Notes: generated by a model from the letters alone, not told the origin. A stretch of 64,000 nt of DNA from Guillardia theta CCMP2712 (GCF_000315625.1 NW_005434664.1:748131-812130), one strand, 5' to 3'; counted from the first letter of the stretch, positions 24,490-45,452 are shown. Made by a program: numbers and translations.

Positions 24490-26016
24490 GAGGCTTCACT
24501 CTTCTTCTCTTCGATCTTCTTCTTCAGTCTGTAGCCTTGTTAGCAGCGGATGCTTCACGCAGTTTCCCCCCACTCCATAATCTGCTGCTCCAGTGCTAAG
24601 GCCGTGTGGTTGGCGCTCGAGCTGGGCGCTGACGTGGCAACTTGTACCCCTCGACCCCTACCAAATTTGCATCATCACTATAATCATCTTGAATAGGAGC
24701 AGGAGCAGGAGCAGGAGCAGGTACAGGGGCAGAGGCAGGGGCAGAGGCAGGGGCATCATCAGCATCAGCAATAGCCATAATCTTCATCGTCATCATAATG
24801 ATCTAGTCGAGCCATCATCAAGTTATCATATCGTCTCCTTCATCTCAACAGGCCTTCTTCGTTCGACTGTTCGCGATCATCCTCGTACCATCCTCGCATC
24901 GCAGTCATCACTCCTCTCCCTCTCCCCCGTATCGCCGGCGGCTTCGCAATTCCCTTGTTGATGTCAGCCCGTGACTTTCGCAAAGTAGACAAGCATACCC
25001 GTCGAAGAACATGCAGGCTACCAGGTTGAGCTAAGAACATCATCATCATCATCATCATCCCAGCCAATGACACGAATACCCGCCGTCCTAAATGTGTTGG
25101 ACGTGTACAACTTGTTTTGAGTGTTGGCAGGTAGAGTCTTCTGTTGCGAGCTCGAGCTCACGATCACATTTCTAACTGTGTTGTCATCGTCCGAGAAGTC
25201 GTCGTCGAAGTTCACGACCTATTCAAGGAGAGGTCTCACAAGGAGGACGATGACGAGGGTACACTCACGAGGCTGCTCTCTGTCTTCGAAGAGGAAGCAG
25301 CTGCATGGCTGCTTGCAGCGTTCGAAGTAACATGCCTTGATGCTGCCACATATGATTGTTACTACCAACATCATCGTAATCGCCAGCTTCATCAGCATCA
25401 TTGTCGTCATCATCATAATCATCGTCGTCTTTCACGCGTCATTCCTTCCCCACACCTGTGGATGCAGCCGTCGTAGAGGTGCCTTGAGAGCATGCCAATT
25501 TCCTTCAAGCAACAACATCAGAGGCACATGCCTTCACAACACACTGGCTCACTTCTGCTCTTCCAGAAACCTGTCAAGATCTCCTGCTCCCAACAGTGTC
25601 ATGTGATGCTTGTCCCTCCCCTCCCCTCCCTCCCTCCCTTCCCTCCCTCCCTCCCTCCCTTCCCTCCCTCCCTTCCCTCCCTCCCTCCCCTCCCTTCCCT
25701 CCCTCCCTCCCTCCCTCCCTCTCCCTCCCCTCCTTACCCAGATTTGTTGTCGGCGCTTTGTCTTGATCCATGCCTAGCAACTCCCACGAGGCCTCAAATC
25801 AGCTCATCCTGCCTTTCACAGCCGGCGGAAACCATTGACTGCTACAAGATTGATCAGCGGGCCCATGGGCTGAAATCTTAGGTGCGGCAAACACTGCATC
25901 CCCTTTGTGGGACCGTAGTTCATCTTGAACAAGTTTTCACCTCGCGATCATGATGACTACACTCAATGGAATCGTAATCAACATCCTCATCGCTATCAGC
26001 ATCCTTTCTTGGCATG
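24490..26016 (-). CDS. Hypothetical spliced protein
   Basis: ATG 26016 (MPRKDADSDEDVDYDS...). Exons GDLDRFLEEQK|EIGMLSRHLYDGCIH|IKACYFERCKQPCSCFLFED|VVNFDDDFSDDD... 3' end uncertain. Confidence 0.45.
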
Positions 26017-27551
26017 CACAACCTCCTCTCTGTCGTGTTTACCCTAACACTCATCAATGACCGTCTCAATACCAATATCTCCTTCCCTCCCCTTCTTCCC
26101 TCCCCCTTCCCCTTCCGCCCCCCGCTCCCCTCCTCGCCCGCTCCCCACTTCTCACGTCGGACACACCCAAAATTTCCTCCTCTCCCCTGCATCCTCCTAT
26201 CTATTCCGGGATGCACATCATTCTCTGTATCCGCATCCTTTCACACGGGGTTCTAACATCGTCTTCATGTCACTATTCTCCTCCTTCTCCCCTTCATTTT
26301 CGCCATTTCCCCTCTCCTTTCATCTCCCATCCCTGGCTCGTTCCCTTCATTCCCGGCTCGATATTCCGTTACTCCTTTGTAACTGTGGCCAAAGTACCCA
26401 CCCACCAGTAGTCTATCTGGAAAACTACCCAGTACAGTATCGATTTCACTACCCTACCTTCCTCTCTGACACCCCATCTGCTACCTTGTTAGTACCACCC
26501 CTCCTGGAGCCCTCACCTAAAAAGCAGCGAAACAAGGGATTGCCCCCACTACCCCCACCCTACCATTTGATACCCCCACCCCACTCCATCCCCTCAGATA
26601 CAATCTACCACTCCGTCGGACACCGGGACAGCTAAATTTTAACCCTTCAAAATAAGACCCACCCTACCCTACCTTGACCCAGAGAATTACAGGAGAAAGT
26701 ACCTCCCTCCATCCCATAATTGAATCTAATCTGTTAAAATTTAAGCCCCTGGATGCCTTAAATTAACCCACCACCCCACCCCCAATTTACACGGACGAAA
26801 GGGTAGGTTCCCCGAGCACCAAATCGTGTAGAGGAAATGGACCCCACCTCCACCATGTGGATTTCAACTACCCCTACCCTTAATACCTGAAACAAACGAA
26901 CAGTACCCCCACTGAAATTTCACCACCGGGTACTTTTCCCATAAGAATAGAGTTTTATGTACCCGTATCAAAGATGACCCACCCCTCCATTTCGAAAAGT
27001 GATCCTGGATACCGGGGTATTCTCACACATACCCATACAGAGTACCCGACCCCCCATGACGGCCCTGCACCGCGCCATGGCCTAGCGGCTGGGGACGTGA
27101 GGGGAGGGGAGATGCTCTTGAGAGAGGACGGGACGATCTGCGTGTGTGTGCGATGAGCTGAACAGAAATAGACGAGGATGCTGGTTTAAAATGAGAGGCC
27201 TCGCGTTCAGCGAGCATGCAAGGAAATGGTGGCAGCTGGTTGAAATGTATGCTGTAAGTGCGCAAGGAGTTTCAACCAATTAGATACGTGTCCTTGTGTG
27301 AAGGGAAGGAGTCGATGAATCTGATGTTTGATTTTCATTCCGGAGACCTTCCAGCCGAGTCAGAGGCTTGTTGCCTCTTCTTCCCTGCAGCAGAGAGGTG
27401 GAAAACAAACAAGCATCGATTTGTAGTACTCTAGCAAATTGAGTTGTGAAGATTTCGTTGATTTTGCTCGATTCTGTGGAAGACAGATCCGTCATGCAGG
27501 ACGTTCCCAGAGGACTGATCTGAATGATGGCAGATTGAAGATTAGTTTCAA

Positions 27552-29305
27552 ATGGGGGTCGATTTGGACAAATGGATCGCCAAGGTTTCAAAAACTCCCT
27601 GTCGTTTCCCTCTCTGACAAACTCGGAAGGTCCGGGACTGCGAATATCTACCAGAGAACGATCTCAAATGCTTGTGCCAAATGGTAGCGATGGAAGGAAG
27701 ACCTCTCCTTCCTGACGACTCTGTGTAGGTGAAGGACCTGCTGGTGGAGGAGAGCAACGTGCAACCTGTGCAGGCTCCTGTCACAGTGTGCGGAGACATA
27801 CACGGGCAATTCTACGATCTTCTGGAGCTGTTCAAGGTGATCCGAGGGCTCGCGGGTGACGGCCTCTCATGCCGAGACGCAGGTTGGGGAGGAAGTTCCA
27901 AACACATCATACGTATTCATGGTGACACCCGTGCCCCCCTGCCCCTCGACGGATTCTGACGTTCCAACCTGCGTCGTAGGGGGATTTTGTTGATCGTGGC
28001 TATAACAGTGTAGAAACCTTCACCTTCCTGATGCTCTTGAAGGCTCGGTAATGACGTGTCAGGGAGATCCCTGTTCGTGTGCTCACTGCCATGCAGATAT
28101 CCAGCCAACATCACACTTCTACGGGGAAACCATGAAAGTCGTCAAATAACACAGGTGAGTCAAGGCCTTGCAGAGGCTGGACAGCCTCCTGTGGTCTCGG
28201 CCCCGATGATCTCGTTCGTAAGGTGTATGGGTTTTACGAAGAATGTCAAAGGAAGTATGGAAATGCAAACGCATGGAAGTATTGCACGGTGTTTACCTTC
28301 TGTGCTGTTTGCTCCGAAACAACTCAACAGATCGTCTCAGGAAGTTTTTGACTATTTGAACGTGGCTGCAGTCATTGATGGACGAGTTCTGTGCGGTAAG
28401 CAGCATGCTCCTGCCATTCACAGCCACCCCTGCTGACCTCGCGACAGTACATGGCGGCCTGTCACCAGACATCGTCACTCTAGACCAGATGCGGCTCATC
28501 GATAGAAATCAGGAAATCCCTCACGAGGGAGCGTTTTGCGGTGATCCATTGCCGCTGCTCGAGGAAGCTCCCTGACCTTCTCCCGTCACAGACCTTATGT
28601 GGTCGGACCCCGAGGACATCGAGGAATGGTCGGTGAGCCCTCGTGGGGCTGGTTGGCTGTTCGGTTCCAGGTGCGGCTGCGATCCCCCGGTGCGAGCAAG
28701 ACGCCTGATGGACATGGCAGGGTCACAGCAGAATTTTGCGACATGAACGGGCTGGAGCTTGTATGCCGTGCCCACCAGCTCGTGCAGGTCAGAAGTAGAG
28801 ATCACCTCCGACGGGCTTCCTGGTCGCTCATGCTTTGATCCTACAGGAGGGCTTCAAGTACATGTTCCCCCAACAGGTGCTCCTCGTAACCGCTCCATGT
28901 GCTCCTCTGACTAGCATTTGCAGAACCTCGTCACCGTCTGGTCAGCCCCCAACTACTGCTATCGCTGCGGGAATGTCGCGGCCATCCTTCAATTTGACGA
29001 GAGCCTGGTAAGCGCGATTGTCCCTCGAGCAAGGAGTGGAGGTGGATAGCTGTGATCTGAAAGGAGGGAGGAGAGGCCGGTTCCCTTGATCGCGGGACAG
29101 TGCAGCGAATGATATGTTGTTGTTGATGACAACGGGGCAGTGTGTGTGCAATCTGCTGACCTGCTCTCTCAGCATCGCAACTTCCTCCTCTTCAACGAAG
29201 TCCCTGAATCTGAGCAGTCTATGCCCTCCAGGACTGCAGCGCCGGTAAGAAAAAGCATCACTGCCGACGTTGATTTGACCATTCCATACGCAGTACTTCT
29301 TCTAA
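27552..29305 (+). CDS. PPP6C: Serine/threonine protein phosphatase 6 catalytic subunit (PP6/SIT4/FyPP)
   Basis: [125 protein letters not shown]. About 14 short introns. Confidence 0.95.
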
Positions 29306-29980
29306 AGAAATCCTCACAGTGAACATGTGAAAAGAGGCTCGGCCACTAGAATTTCTCTTCAAGTTGTATAGATGGTAGTTTCATGCAAGTTCTTCCGCCG
29401 AAGTAAAATCGTCTCCCATGGACCCAACCACTCCTTGCAAACCTTCGCCTCGCTGCTCTGCTCATCTCATACGCCTTGGGCTCTCCTCATCTTGTCTCCT
29501 CCCCTCCTACTTATCTCCTCCTCCTCCTCCTCCTCCTACATATCTCCTCCTCCTCCTACATATTGCATTCTTCTTCTCCTCCTCCTCCTACATATCGCAT
29601 TCTTCTCCTCCTCCTCCTCCTACATATCGCATTCTCCTCCTCCTCCTCCTCCTCGCACTTTTACCATCAATCCCTTGTCGGGCTGCATTTTGTCGTCGAG
29701 AAGCGGCGAGTACAGGGAAAAGCCTTGGGGTAGGGGGTACTCATGTGGACTATTGGGGGTAGGGTGGGGGAAACAAACAAGGGAAGTGCTCTCTAAGAGC
29801 TCGGTCGAACGACGGGAAGAGGGAGGAGCGAGGAGCGAGGAGCGAGGAGCGAGGAGCGAGGGAGAAGAGGGGCACGGAAGGGCTACCAGTAGCAGCAGTC
29901 ATGTGACCTGTCCTGCTCGCATGGTTGCGCAGTAGAGACAGATAGCAGCCGAAGCTGCGATCCACGAGGACGGACTGAAG

Positions 29981-32900
29981 ATGCAGGAAATTTGGAATGC
30001 GATAGTGCAGGAGTTGATCGAGAACGATGCTCTCGTTATCCTGGGCAAGGTGAGTTCCCGTCTTCCTGCTGCCTCCCTCCCTGCATGTCCACTCCCAGCT
30101 CTAGCCCGATCGCTTTCCCTGGCCGCCCGCTCTTTTGTTGCCTGCATGAATGACTGCCACTTTCCTGCACTCTTCCCCTTCTCCCACTTCTCCGTCCTTC
30201 TCCTCCATGCTCTGTCATCAAGATCACCCGATCACCTCACGGCGCCAACAGGGGCTGGGAGTCTTCGAGGTTGCGGCGAAGTTCCTGGAGATCCACTCTT
30301 ACTCCTCCTCGTTTGTCATCCTGGTCAACGCCCCCCGGACCGTACAGGCCCAGCTCGAGCTGCTGCATCACGCGCGCGGCTGCGACCGACCAACCACGAG
30401 CATCAACAACGAGTACACGGGGGAGGAGCGGGAAGCAATCTACGCAGGAGGAGGAGTGGTGGCGGTCACCTCGAGGATCCTCGCCGTCGATCTCCTCACA
30501 GGGCGGGTCCCTGCGGAGAAGCTGCGGGGGCTTTTCGTGTGGGACGCGCACAAGGTGTCGGAGACGTCGTCCGAGGCGTTCATCCTGCGGCTCTACAGGC
30601 AAAGGAACAAGGAGGGGTTCATCAAGGGGCTGTCGGACTGCCCGGAGGGGTTCGGCCATGGGTTCTTCAAGGTAGAAAAGGTGATGAAGGTTCTGTTCGT
30701 CAAGAAGCTGTTCCTCTGGCCTCGCTTCCACGTCAAGATCAACCAGTGCTTTGCCAAGGATGAGGTGAGGGGACTCGATAGACTGCCGCGCCTCTTCCCC
30801 GCGCTCCTCCTCCTTCTCTTGCTGCTTCCCTCGCTCGTTCCATGTTATCCTCCCCTCCTGGCTGCTCTGCTCTGCTCTGCTCTGCTCTGCTCTGCTCTGC
30901 TCTGCTCTGCTCTGCTCTGCTCTGCTCTGCTCTGCTCTGCTCTCTGCTCTCTGTGCTCTGCTCTCTGTGCTCTGCTCTGCTCTGCTCTGCTCTGCTCTGC
31001 TCTGCTCTGCTCTGCTCTGCTCTGCTCTGCTCTGCTCTGCTCTGGTCATCTTGTCTCATCTCACTATCTATCTCTCACTTTCTCCCGCTTCCTCCATCTC
31101 ATCCTCCCCCCTCCCCCCCCGCCTCCCATTTCACAATCTCTTCTGCTGTCCCTCCCTACATCCTCCTCCTTCGCATGCTCCCGTCTCCTCACCGGGCCGA
31201 GCAGGTAGACCTAGTGGAGCTGAAGCAGGAGATGAATGCGGGCATGGCGGAGCTGCAGGGAGCGATCATCGACGCCATGGACTCCTGCCTGGTCGAGATG
31301 AAGAAGACCAACAAGATCGACGTCTCCGAGCTGAGCATCGAGTCTGCCCTTCAGCTGTCCTTCGACGTCACCATCCGGAGGCAACTGAACCCTTCCTGGC
31401 ACAAGGTCGGGCCTAAGATCAGGCAGATCGTCGAGGACCTCAAGACTCTCCGGCGCCTGCTGGGGTTCCTGCAGGAGTACGACTGTGTCTCGTTCCTGGA
31501 CCTGGTGGACAACCTCCGGGGCTCGATCCACACTGACACGGGGCACCCTCCCTTCTGGATCTACACGCCGGCGGGGCAGAGGGTCTTCGATGCAGCCAAG
31601 AACAGGGTGTACAAGCTGGAAGGGGGGGGGGAGGGAGGGAGAGAGGCGGAGAAGGGAGGCAGGAGGAGGCAGGAGGGCCACGGGACTCTGCGGGGGAGGA
31701 CGCTGCGCCCTGTGCTGGAAGTGAATCCGAAGTGGGACCTGGTGCTGGAGGTGCTTGAGGAGATCAACGAGACGAGATTGCAAGTTGCCTCCTCCTCCTC
31801 CTCCTCCTCTTCCTCCTTGGCTCCCTCCCTCGGCCCCACTCTGGTGATCGTCAAGGACGAGAGGACGGCGTCGCAGGCTCGGGACGTCCTCTCGTTTGGC
31901 CCGCAGGCGTGCATGCTGCACTCGTTCCAGCGCTACTGCTGGAAGAAACTTGACATGGTGCGGCAGCAGCGGGATGTGCAGCAGAAGAGAAGGGGAAACT
32001 CTAGAGCGCCGGACGTGCTGGATGTGGAGGAAGGAGTGGAGCTCAGTACCTTCCAGGTGGAGTCGAGGCTGCTTGCAGCGCTTGCGCAGGAGGAGGACTT
32101 TTTCTGTCTCATCCGCCAGCCACAGCTGCTCAAGGCGACGGTGCGGGTGGAAGGGGAGGAGGAGGTGGCGGGAGGAAACAGCGAGGGGAATCGGCTGCAG
32201 CGGGTAGCGAGGAGCGAGGTGGTGGAGGTGGACAGCTCGGAAGGGGAGGAGAAGAAGGAGGGGGAGGCAGGAGGGGGGGGAGACGCGCTGCTCTGCGACC
32301 CCTCTGACTTCAGCTTGAAACTTGAAGAGGACGATGCCAAGTCGCTTGCCTCCTCCATCCCCTCCTCCACCCTCGTCAACTGGGCGCGGGAGGATTGCAA
32401 GAACCTCCTCCTCCACGTTCGATCGGGCGGGCACGAGGGGAGCGCAGAGCTGGCGCGCGACGGCGTGCTGGAGGCGTTCGAGGTGGCTAGGGAGACTTGG
32501 GAGGGAGGAGGAGGAAGGGGAGGGTTCGACAAGTTTCTTGACATGTGGGAGGCGAAAGTTCCAAGGGGGCTGGAGATTGTGATTGCACGAGCCACGTCCC
32601 TTGCGCAGGAGGAGGAGAGGAGAGGGGGGGAGGAGGGGAAGTTGCGGCAGCTCATCGAGGAGCTGGTTCGTACCATGCAGGAAGCGTATGCGCGGGTGAT
32701 GGGGAAGCAGGGGGAGGAGGTGCCGGAGTGGCTCAGGATGGAGGAAGGAGAGGAGGACAAGGAGGAGGACAAGGATGTAGAGATAATTGAGCTGGAACAA
32801 GAAGGAGGAGAAGGAGTAGCGGGAACAGGAGCAGCAGGGGGAGCAGCAGGAGCAGCGAGGGAAGGAGGAAAAAAGAGAAAGATTGCGACTCCAGGGGGGA

Positions 32901-35792
32901 AGAAACGATCTCCGCCGACCTCCAAGCAGAAGAAGGCGTCGACTGCGGAGGAGGGGAAAGAGGAGGAGGGTTCTCTTTCCTCCAAGAGGACTAAGGCGAT
33001 CGCCCAGGACCCAACTGTCGAGGACCCCAACGCGAACTCAAGGAGGGTGATCAAGACAACGACCCAGGTGGACAAGATCTTCTCAGAGCAGCATCTCTAC
33101 GTTCATCCCCTCTACGAGTCCCTCCCCTCTGCTCGCCATGGCTTGTCCACGGCGGGAGGAGCACGGGGAGGAGGAGGAGGAGGGGGGGCACGAGGAGGAG
33201 GAGCGACGTCGGCGGGCAAGGGATCGGGAGGAGGAGGAGGAGCAGGGGGTTCGAAGGAGTTTACACCCGTCTCCTCCTCCTCCATCATCATACACACTCT
33301 GGAGAATGTTGAGGACTTGCTGCATCAGCTGCTGCCTTCCTTTGTCGTCGTCCTCTCCCCCGACCTCTCCGTCACGCGCTCCCTCGAGACGTTCCATGCT
33401 GATCATCCCAACCTCCCGCTCCGAGTCTACTTCCTCTCCTACTCTAACTCAGTGGAGGAGCAGCGGTTTCTTACCGAGGTCTCTCCCTTCTCCCTCTCCC
33501 TCTCCCTCTCCGTCTCCGTCTCCGTCTCCGTCTCCGTCTCCCTCTCCGTCTCCGTCTCCCTCTCCTTCTCCCTCTTCCTCTCCGTCTCCCTCTCCTTCTC
33601 CTTCTCCTTCTCCTTCTCCTTCTCCCTCTGCGTCTCCGTCTCCGTCTCCGTCTCACTCTCCCTCTCCTTCTCCTTCTCCTTCTCCTTCTCCTTCTCCTTC
33701 TCCTTCTCCTTCTCCTTCTTCTTCTCCTTCTTCTCTCACGCTAGGTTGCAGGTCAAGAGGGAGACCGAGTCCTTCAAGTCTCTCATCGAGACCAAGGCTA
33801 CCATGGTCATCCCCGACGATCAGGACGGCAAGACAGGCGACGTCATCCTCCTCTCCCCAGACGCCCCTCAGCCGACCTCCAGCAGGAAGGGAGGAGGGGC
33901 GGCGAAGAGAAGGGTGAAGGTGGTGGTGGATGTCAGGGAGTTCCGCTCAGCTCTGCCCTCCCTCCTCCATCAGCGAGGCCTCGAGCTCGTCCCGCTCACC
34001 CTAGAGGTCGCTTTCAGTCTGTACCCTCTCCTCCTCCTCTCTTGTCCTCCTCTCCTCTCCTCCTCTCCTCCTCTCCTCCTCTCCTCCTCTCCTCCCTCTC
34101 CTCTCCTCCTCTCCTCTCCTCCTCTCCTCCTCTCCTCCTCCCCCATCCTCGTTTGGTTCAGCCAACGTATCTCCGTCCCTTCCTCACGCTGATCCGCCCG
34201 CAGGTTGGCGACTACGTGCTGTCGCCGGACATCTGTGTCGAACGGAAGAGGTCTGCCCGTGCTGCCCCTCCTCCTGCACTCCCATCCCCCCCGCCTCCTC
34301 CCTCGCCCCTCCTGCTCTAGTTCCCTACTTAACTTAACCTTCTGTCCAGCATCTCCGACCTTTACAGCTCTTTCGCATCGGGGCGTCTCTTTCAGCAGGT
34401 GGGCCTGCGTCCTTGGGGTGGTTGAAAGGTGACGGGGACGTTGGGCCAGGTGGAGAACATGACCAGGTTCTACAAGATCTCAGTTCTACTGATAGAGTTC
34501 GATGAGAACCGACCTTTCAGGTCATCATCATCATCATCACCACCACCACCACCACCACCGTCATCACCTTGCTCATCATCACCGCCGCCGCTGCCATGAT
34601 TCTAATCATCATCACCATCGCCATGATCATCACAATCATCATCATCATCGCCATCACCATCACCATCGTTGTGATCGTTTCCTCGTATAGCCTGCAGAGC
34701 TCGTCCTCGATCTCCTCCGACATCGCAATAGGCAGCATAATCTCCAAGATCGTTCTTCTCACCCTTCACTTCCCCTCCCTCAAGGTAACGCCGCTGCCCT
34801 GCATGTCAGACGACGAGGCTGCAGATCGATTTTGACATGCCGCAACGGCATCTTGTGCTCTGATCTCAACGTGCCACGACTGTCATGGGGACTCACTTGC
34901 TCGTCCTCTCCCTCAGGTCATGTGGATGCGAAGTCCTTACGCTACCGCCATCATGTTCGACGAGGTCTAGATCTTCCTTGCGGCCTCTCCTCTCCCTTCC
35001 TCCTCTCGTTCCCGTTCTTCCTCCTCTCGTTCCCGTTCTTCCTCCCCCTTCCCCTTCCCCCCCCCCTTTCCCTTTTCCTCTCCTTCCTCCTCTTCCCCTC
35101 TCTCCCAATCTTCCTCTCCCTTCCTCCAACCTCACCTCTCCCGCAGCTGAAACAGAACCAAGAGGAGCCATCACCAGAAACTGCTGAGCAGGTCAACCGT
35201 CCTTCCCTCCTCCCTCTTCTGCTTCCTAAAACTCAATTGCAACTTAGGTCGGTCAGGATACCAATCAGGCACAGAACCAAGGATTTGCTGTCGTCCCTGC
35301 TGACATTCTGAGGAGGTTCCCCTTAGCCTTGACTCTCCTCCCTCTCATCCCTCTTCCTCTCTCCCTTTCCTTTCCGCCCACCTCCCTCCGTCTGCTCCTT
35401 TCCCTACCTTCGCCCTAGCTCGTATCCTTCAACTTGCTCGATATCTCCTTCCTCTCCCCTCGCTCCCACCGCAGTACAACCGCTCCTCTTCCGCAGGCAT
35501 GATGGAACATCGCAGGCTACCTGGGGTGAACGCCAACAACGCGACATACCTGATGAACCATGTGAAGAGCCTCTACGACTTGAGGTCTGCAGCCGTCCCT
35601 TCCCCCTGTATTCCTCCTCACGCCCGATGCAGTAGGATGACGGAGCTGCAACTAGCCGGGCTGATAGGAAATGGCCCGGCCAAGCAGGTACCTCCAGGGG
35701 TTTCAGTACGGCATCTGATCGCTGACTCGCACCTGCAGCTCTACGACTTCATGCATGCCCGCGGCCCATCATCGCTTAACCCCTCCATGTGA
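29981..35792 (+). CDS. ERCC4: DNA repair endonuclease XPF/ERCC4 (RAD1/UVH1)
   Basis: [96 protein letters not shown], nuclease [14 protein letters not shown]|SISDL..SGRLFQQ, C-terminal HhH LPGVN. Confidence 0.95.
30864..31044. repeat. (CTCTG)n intronic microsatellite
   Basis: Direct reading; XPF intron. Confidence 0.95.
33490..33733. repeat. (CTCCGT)n/(CTCCTT)n compound hexamer microsatellite, intronic
   Basis: Direct reading. Confidence 0.95.
34523..34668. repeat. (CAT/CAC)n degenerate trinucleotide repeat, intronic
   Basis: Direct reading. Confidence 0.9.
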
Positions 35793-36249
35793 TCATGGGC
35801 AGGTCAAGATCAAACAACTCAGGTCAAGCGGTCGTGATGCAGTCGGAGCTTCTTCGAATGTTGTTCTTGATGTATTCAAGACGTCCTACCGCTCTCTTGA
35901 TAGTCACTCTTGATGTATGGAAGACGTCCTACCGCTCTCCTTCCGTCTCCCCATTGTTTTTCACAAGTCTTGGTTTGTCGGGGAGAATTGATCCGATAGC
36001 AATCAAACTGCTTTCAAATTAAATCGAACAATTTGTTGATTCAAATCGATTGGTTCAAAAAAAAGCATGCGTGGGATACCCTCCTCCCCTCTCATCACAC
36101 CATTTGGCGGTGAGTACCCCTGCTTTATCCTTCGAGTACCCCCCTATTTCCTATATTCCAGCACCCTACCTGACTGTGCCCTTACCACCCACCGTATCAC
36201 TACCCCATATTTTCCCATTGAAGGACCCTACCCTTCCCAGAGTCCTGGC

Positions 36250-36256
36250 TATAAAA
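36250..36256 (+). promoter_or_regulatory. Putative TATA box of RPS2
   Basis: TATAAAA about 32 nt upstream of the ATG. Confidence 0.45.
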
Positions 36257-36287
36257 GAAAGAAAAAAACCGCAGTCGCGCGTGCAGC

Positions 36288-37325
36288 ATGGGAGACAGGG
36301 GCGGCTTCCGCGGCGGCTTCGGCGATCGAGGAGGACGTGGACGTGGACGTGGACGTGGTGGAGACAGAGGAGGGTGAGAAACGAACTCTTCCTTGTGCTC
36401 CAATTCCTGGATGATCGATCCTCTTGCTTTGCTGGAGGTTCTGTCTCGAACTTGGGTGCTAGTTGGCAGCACTTGCGAGGATGTACGTGTTTGTCGGTGT
36501 TTGAACGCGATCTGCTCTCCTTTCCTCCTATCCTCTTGTGGCGAGAGCAGCAGATAGTGACTTCCTCACAGCAGGGGCCGCGGTCGCGGTCGCGGTCGCT
36601 CCGATGGCGAGAAGGAAGACTGGGTTCCAGTCACCAAGCTCGGACGCCTTGTGAAGGCCGGAAAGATCAAGTCTTTGGAGCACATCTACTTGTTCTCCAT
36701 GCCCATCAAGGAGTACGAGATCGTCGACTTCTTCTTGGGCCCTCCTGGTGCCAACAAGCTCAAGGATGAGGTGATGAAGGTCCAGCCTGTTCAGAAGCAG
36801 ACCAGGGCCGGTCAGCGCACTCGCTTCAAGGCCTTCGTGCTCGTCGGAGACTTCGACGGACACGTTGGTCTCGGAGTGAAGGTCGGCAAGGAGGTTGCCA
36901 ACGCCATCCGTGGCGCCATCCTCGCTGCCAAGTTGGCCGTTGTTCCTGTCAGGAGAGGGTACTGGGGTAAGAAGATCGGTCTTCCCCACACCGTTCCCAA
37001 CAAGATCCACGGCAAGTGCGGATCCGTTCACATCCGTCTGGTGCCTGCTCCCCGCGGTACCGGCATCGTTGCGGCTCCTACCTCCAAGAAGATCCTCCAG
37101 TATGCGGGAATCCAGGATTGCTTCACCTCGTCCTCGGGATCCTCCGCTACCCTCGGAAACTTTGCCAAGGCTACCTTCAACGCTCTTGCGGTGCTCTACG
37201 GATACCTCACCCCTGAGCTCTGGAGGGAGACCAAGTTCACCAAGCAGCCCTTCCAGGAGTTCACCGACGACCTCTCTGCGTCCAAGGTGATCAAGTCCCG
37301 CGGCGCTGCTGACAAGTACTCGTAA
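36288..37325 (+). CDS. RPS2: 40S ribosomal protein S2 (uS5)
   Basis: RGG-rich N-terminus [12 protein letters not shown]; one ~200-nt intron; [51 protein letters not shown]. Confidence 0.98.
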
Positions 37326-37561
37326 ACGTCTCTCGCTCATCGCCACTGGTCAGCCGCTGTGAACACGCCCACTGTTGCAGCATGCTTCCTCGGGGTTTGA
37401 GGGAGCATGTGCGAGACTCTGGTCCTTTTACCGGAGAACGCATAATTCGACCATTGCTATAGATTCTTGAGAGAAAGTTCGATAATAAAAAAGTAGAAAA
37501 ATTTATACAATCAGTCTGTTGTTGAACTTTAAGATATACCATACATGCTGTGCCATCCTTG

Positions 37562-45168
<7,607 letters not shown>

Positions 45169-45452
45169 GTCCGGAGAAGGCCCTGATGCTGATCAATGCA
45201 GCTGCTCCATGACGGCGCCATCCTGAGCGCTAGGGCTGCTCCTCTCTCTCTGTATCCTCCTTCTTGCAACTCCGTCTCCTCCTCCTCCTGCCATGCTCTG
45301 CCCACCCATCGCTCCGCTCATTCCCTCCATTTCGCCCCTTCTCCTTTCCAGGTCTCTGAGGCAGGCTTCACATTCGAAGTTGATGAAAAATTAAGGCTTG
45401 CATCCCATCTGATCATCATAGGCTTCCCCCCCCCGCTTCCTCCCCCTCCCCC

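Noticed and set aside
31211-33075. 529-aa and 380-aa ORFs antisense to XPF
   Set aside because: Shadow ORFs of a GC- and purine-rich exon; low-complexity L/P/S content.
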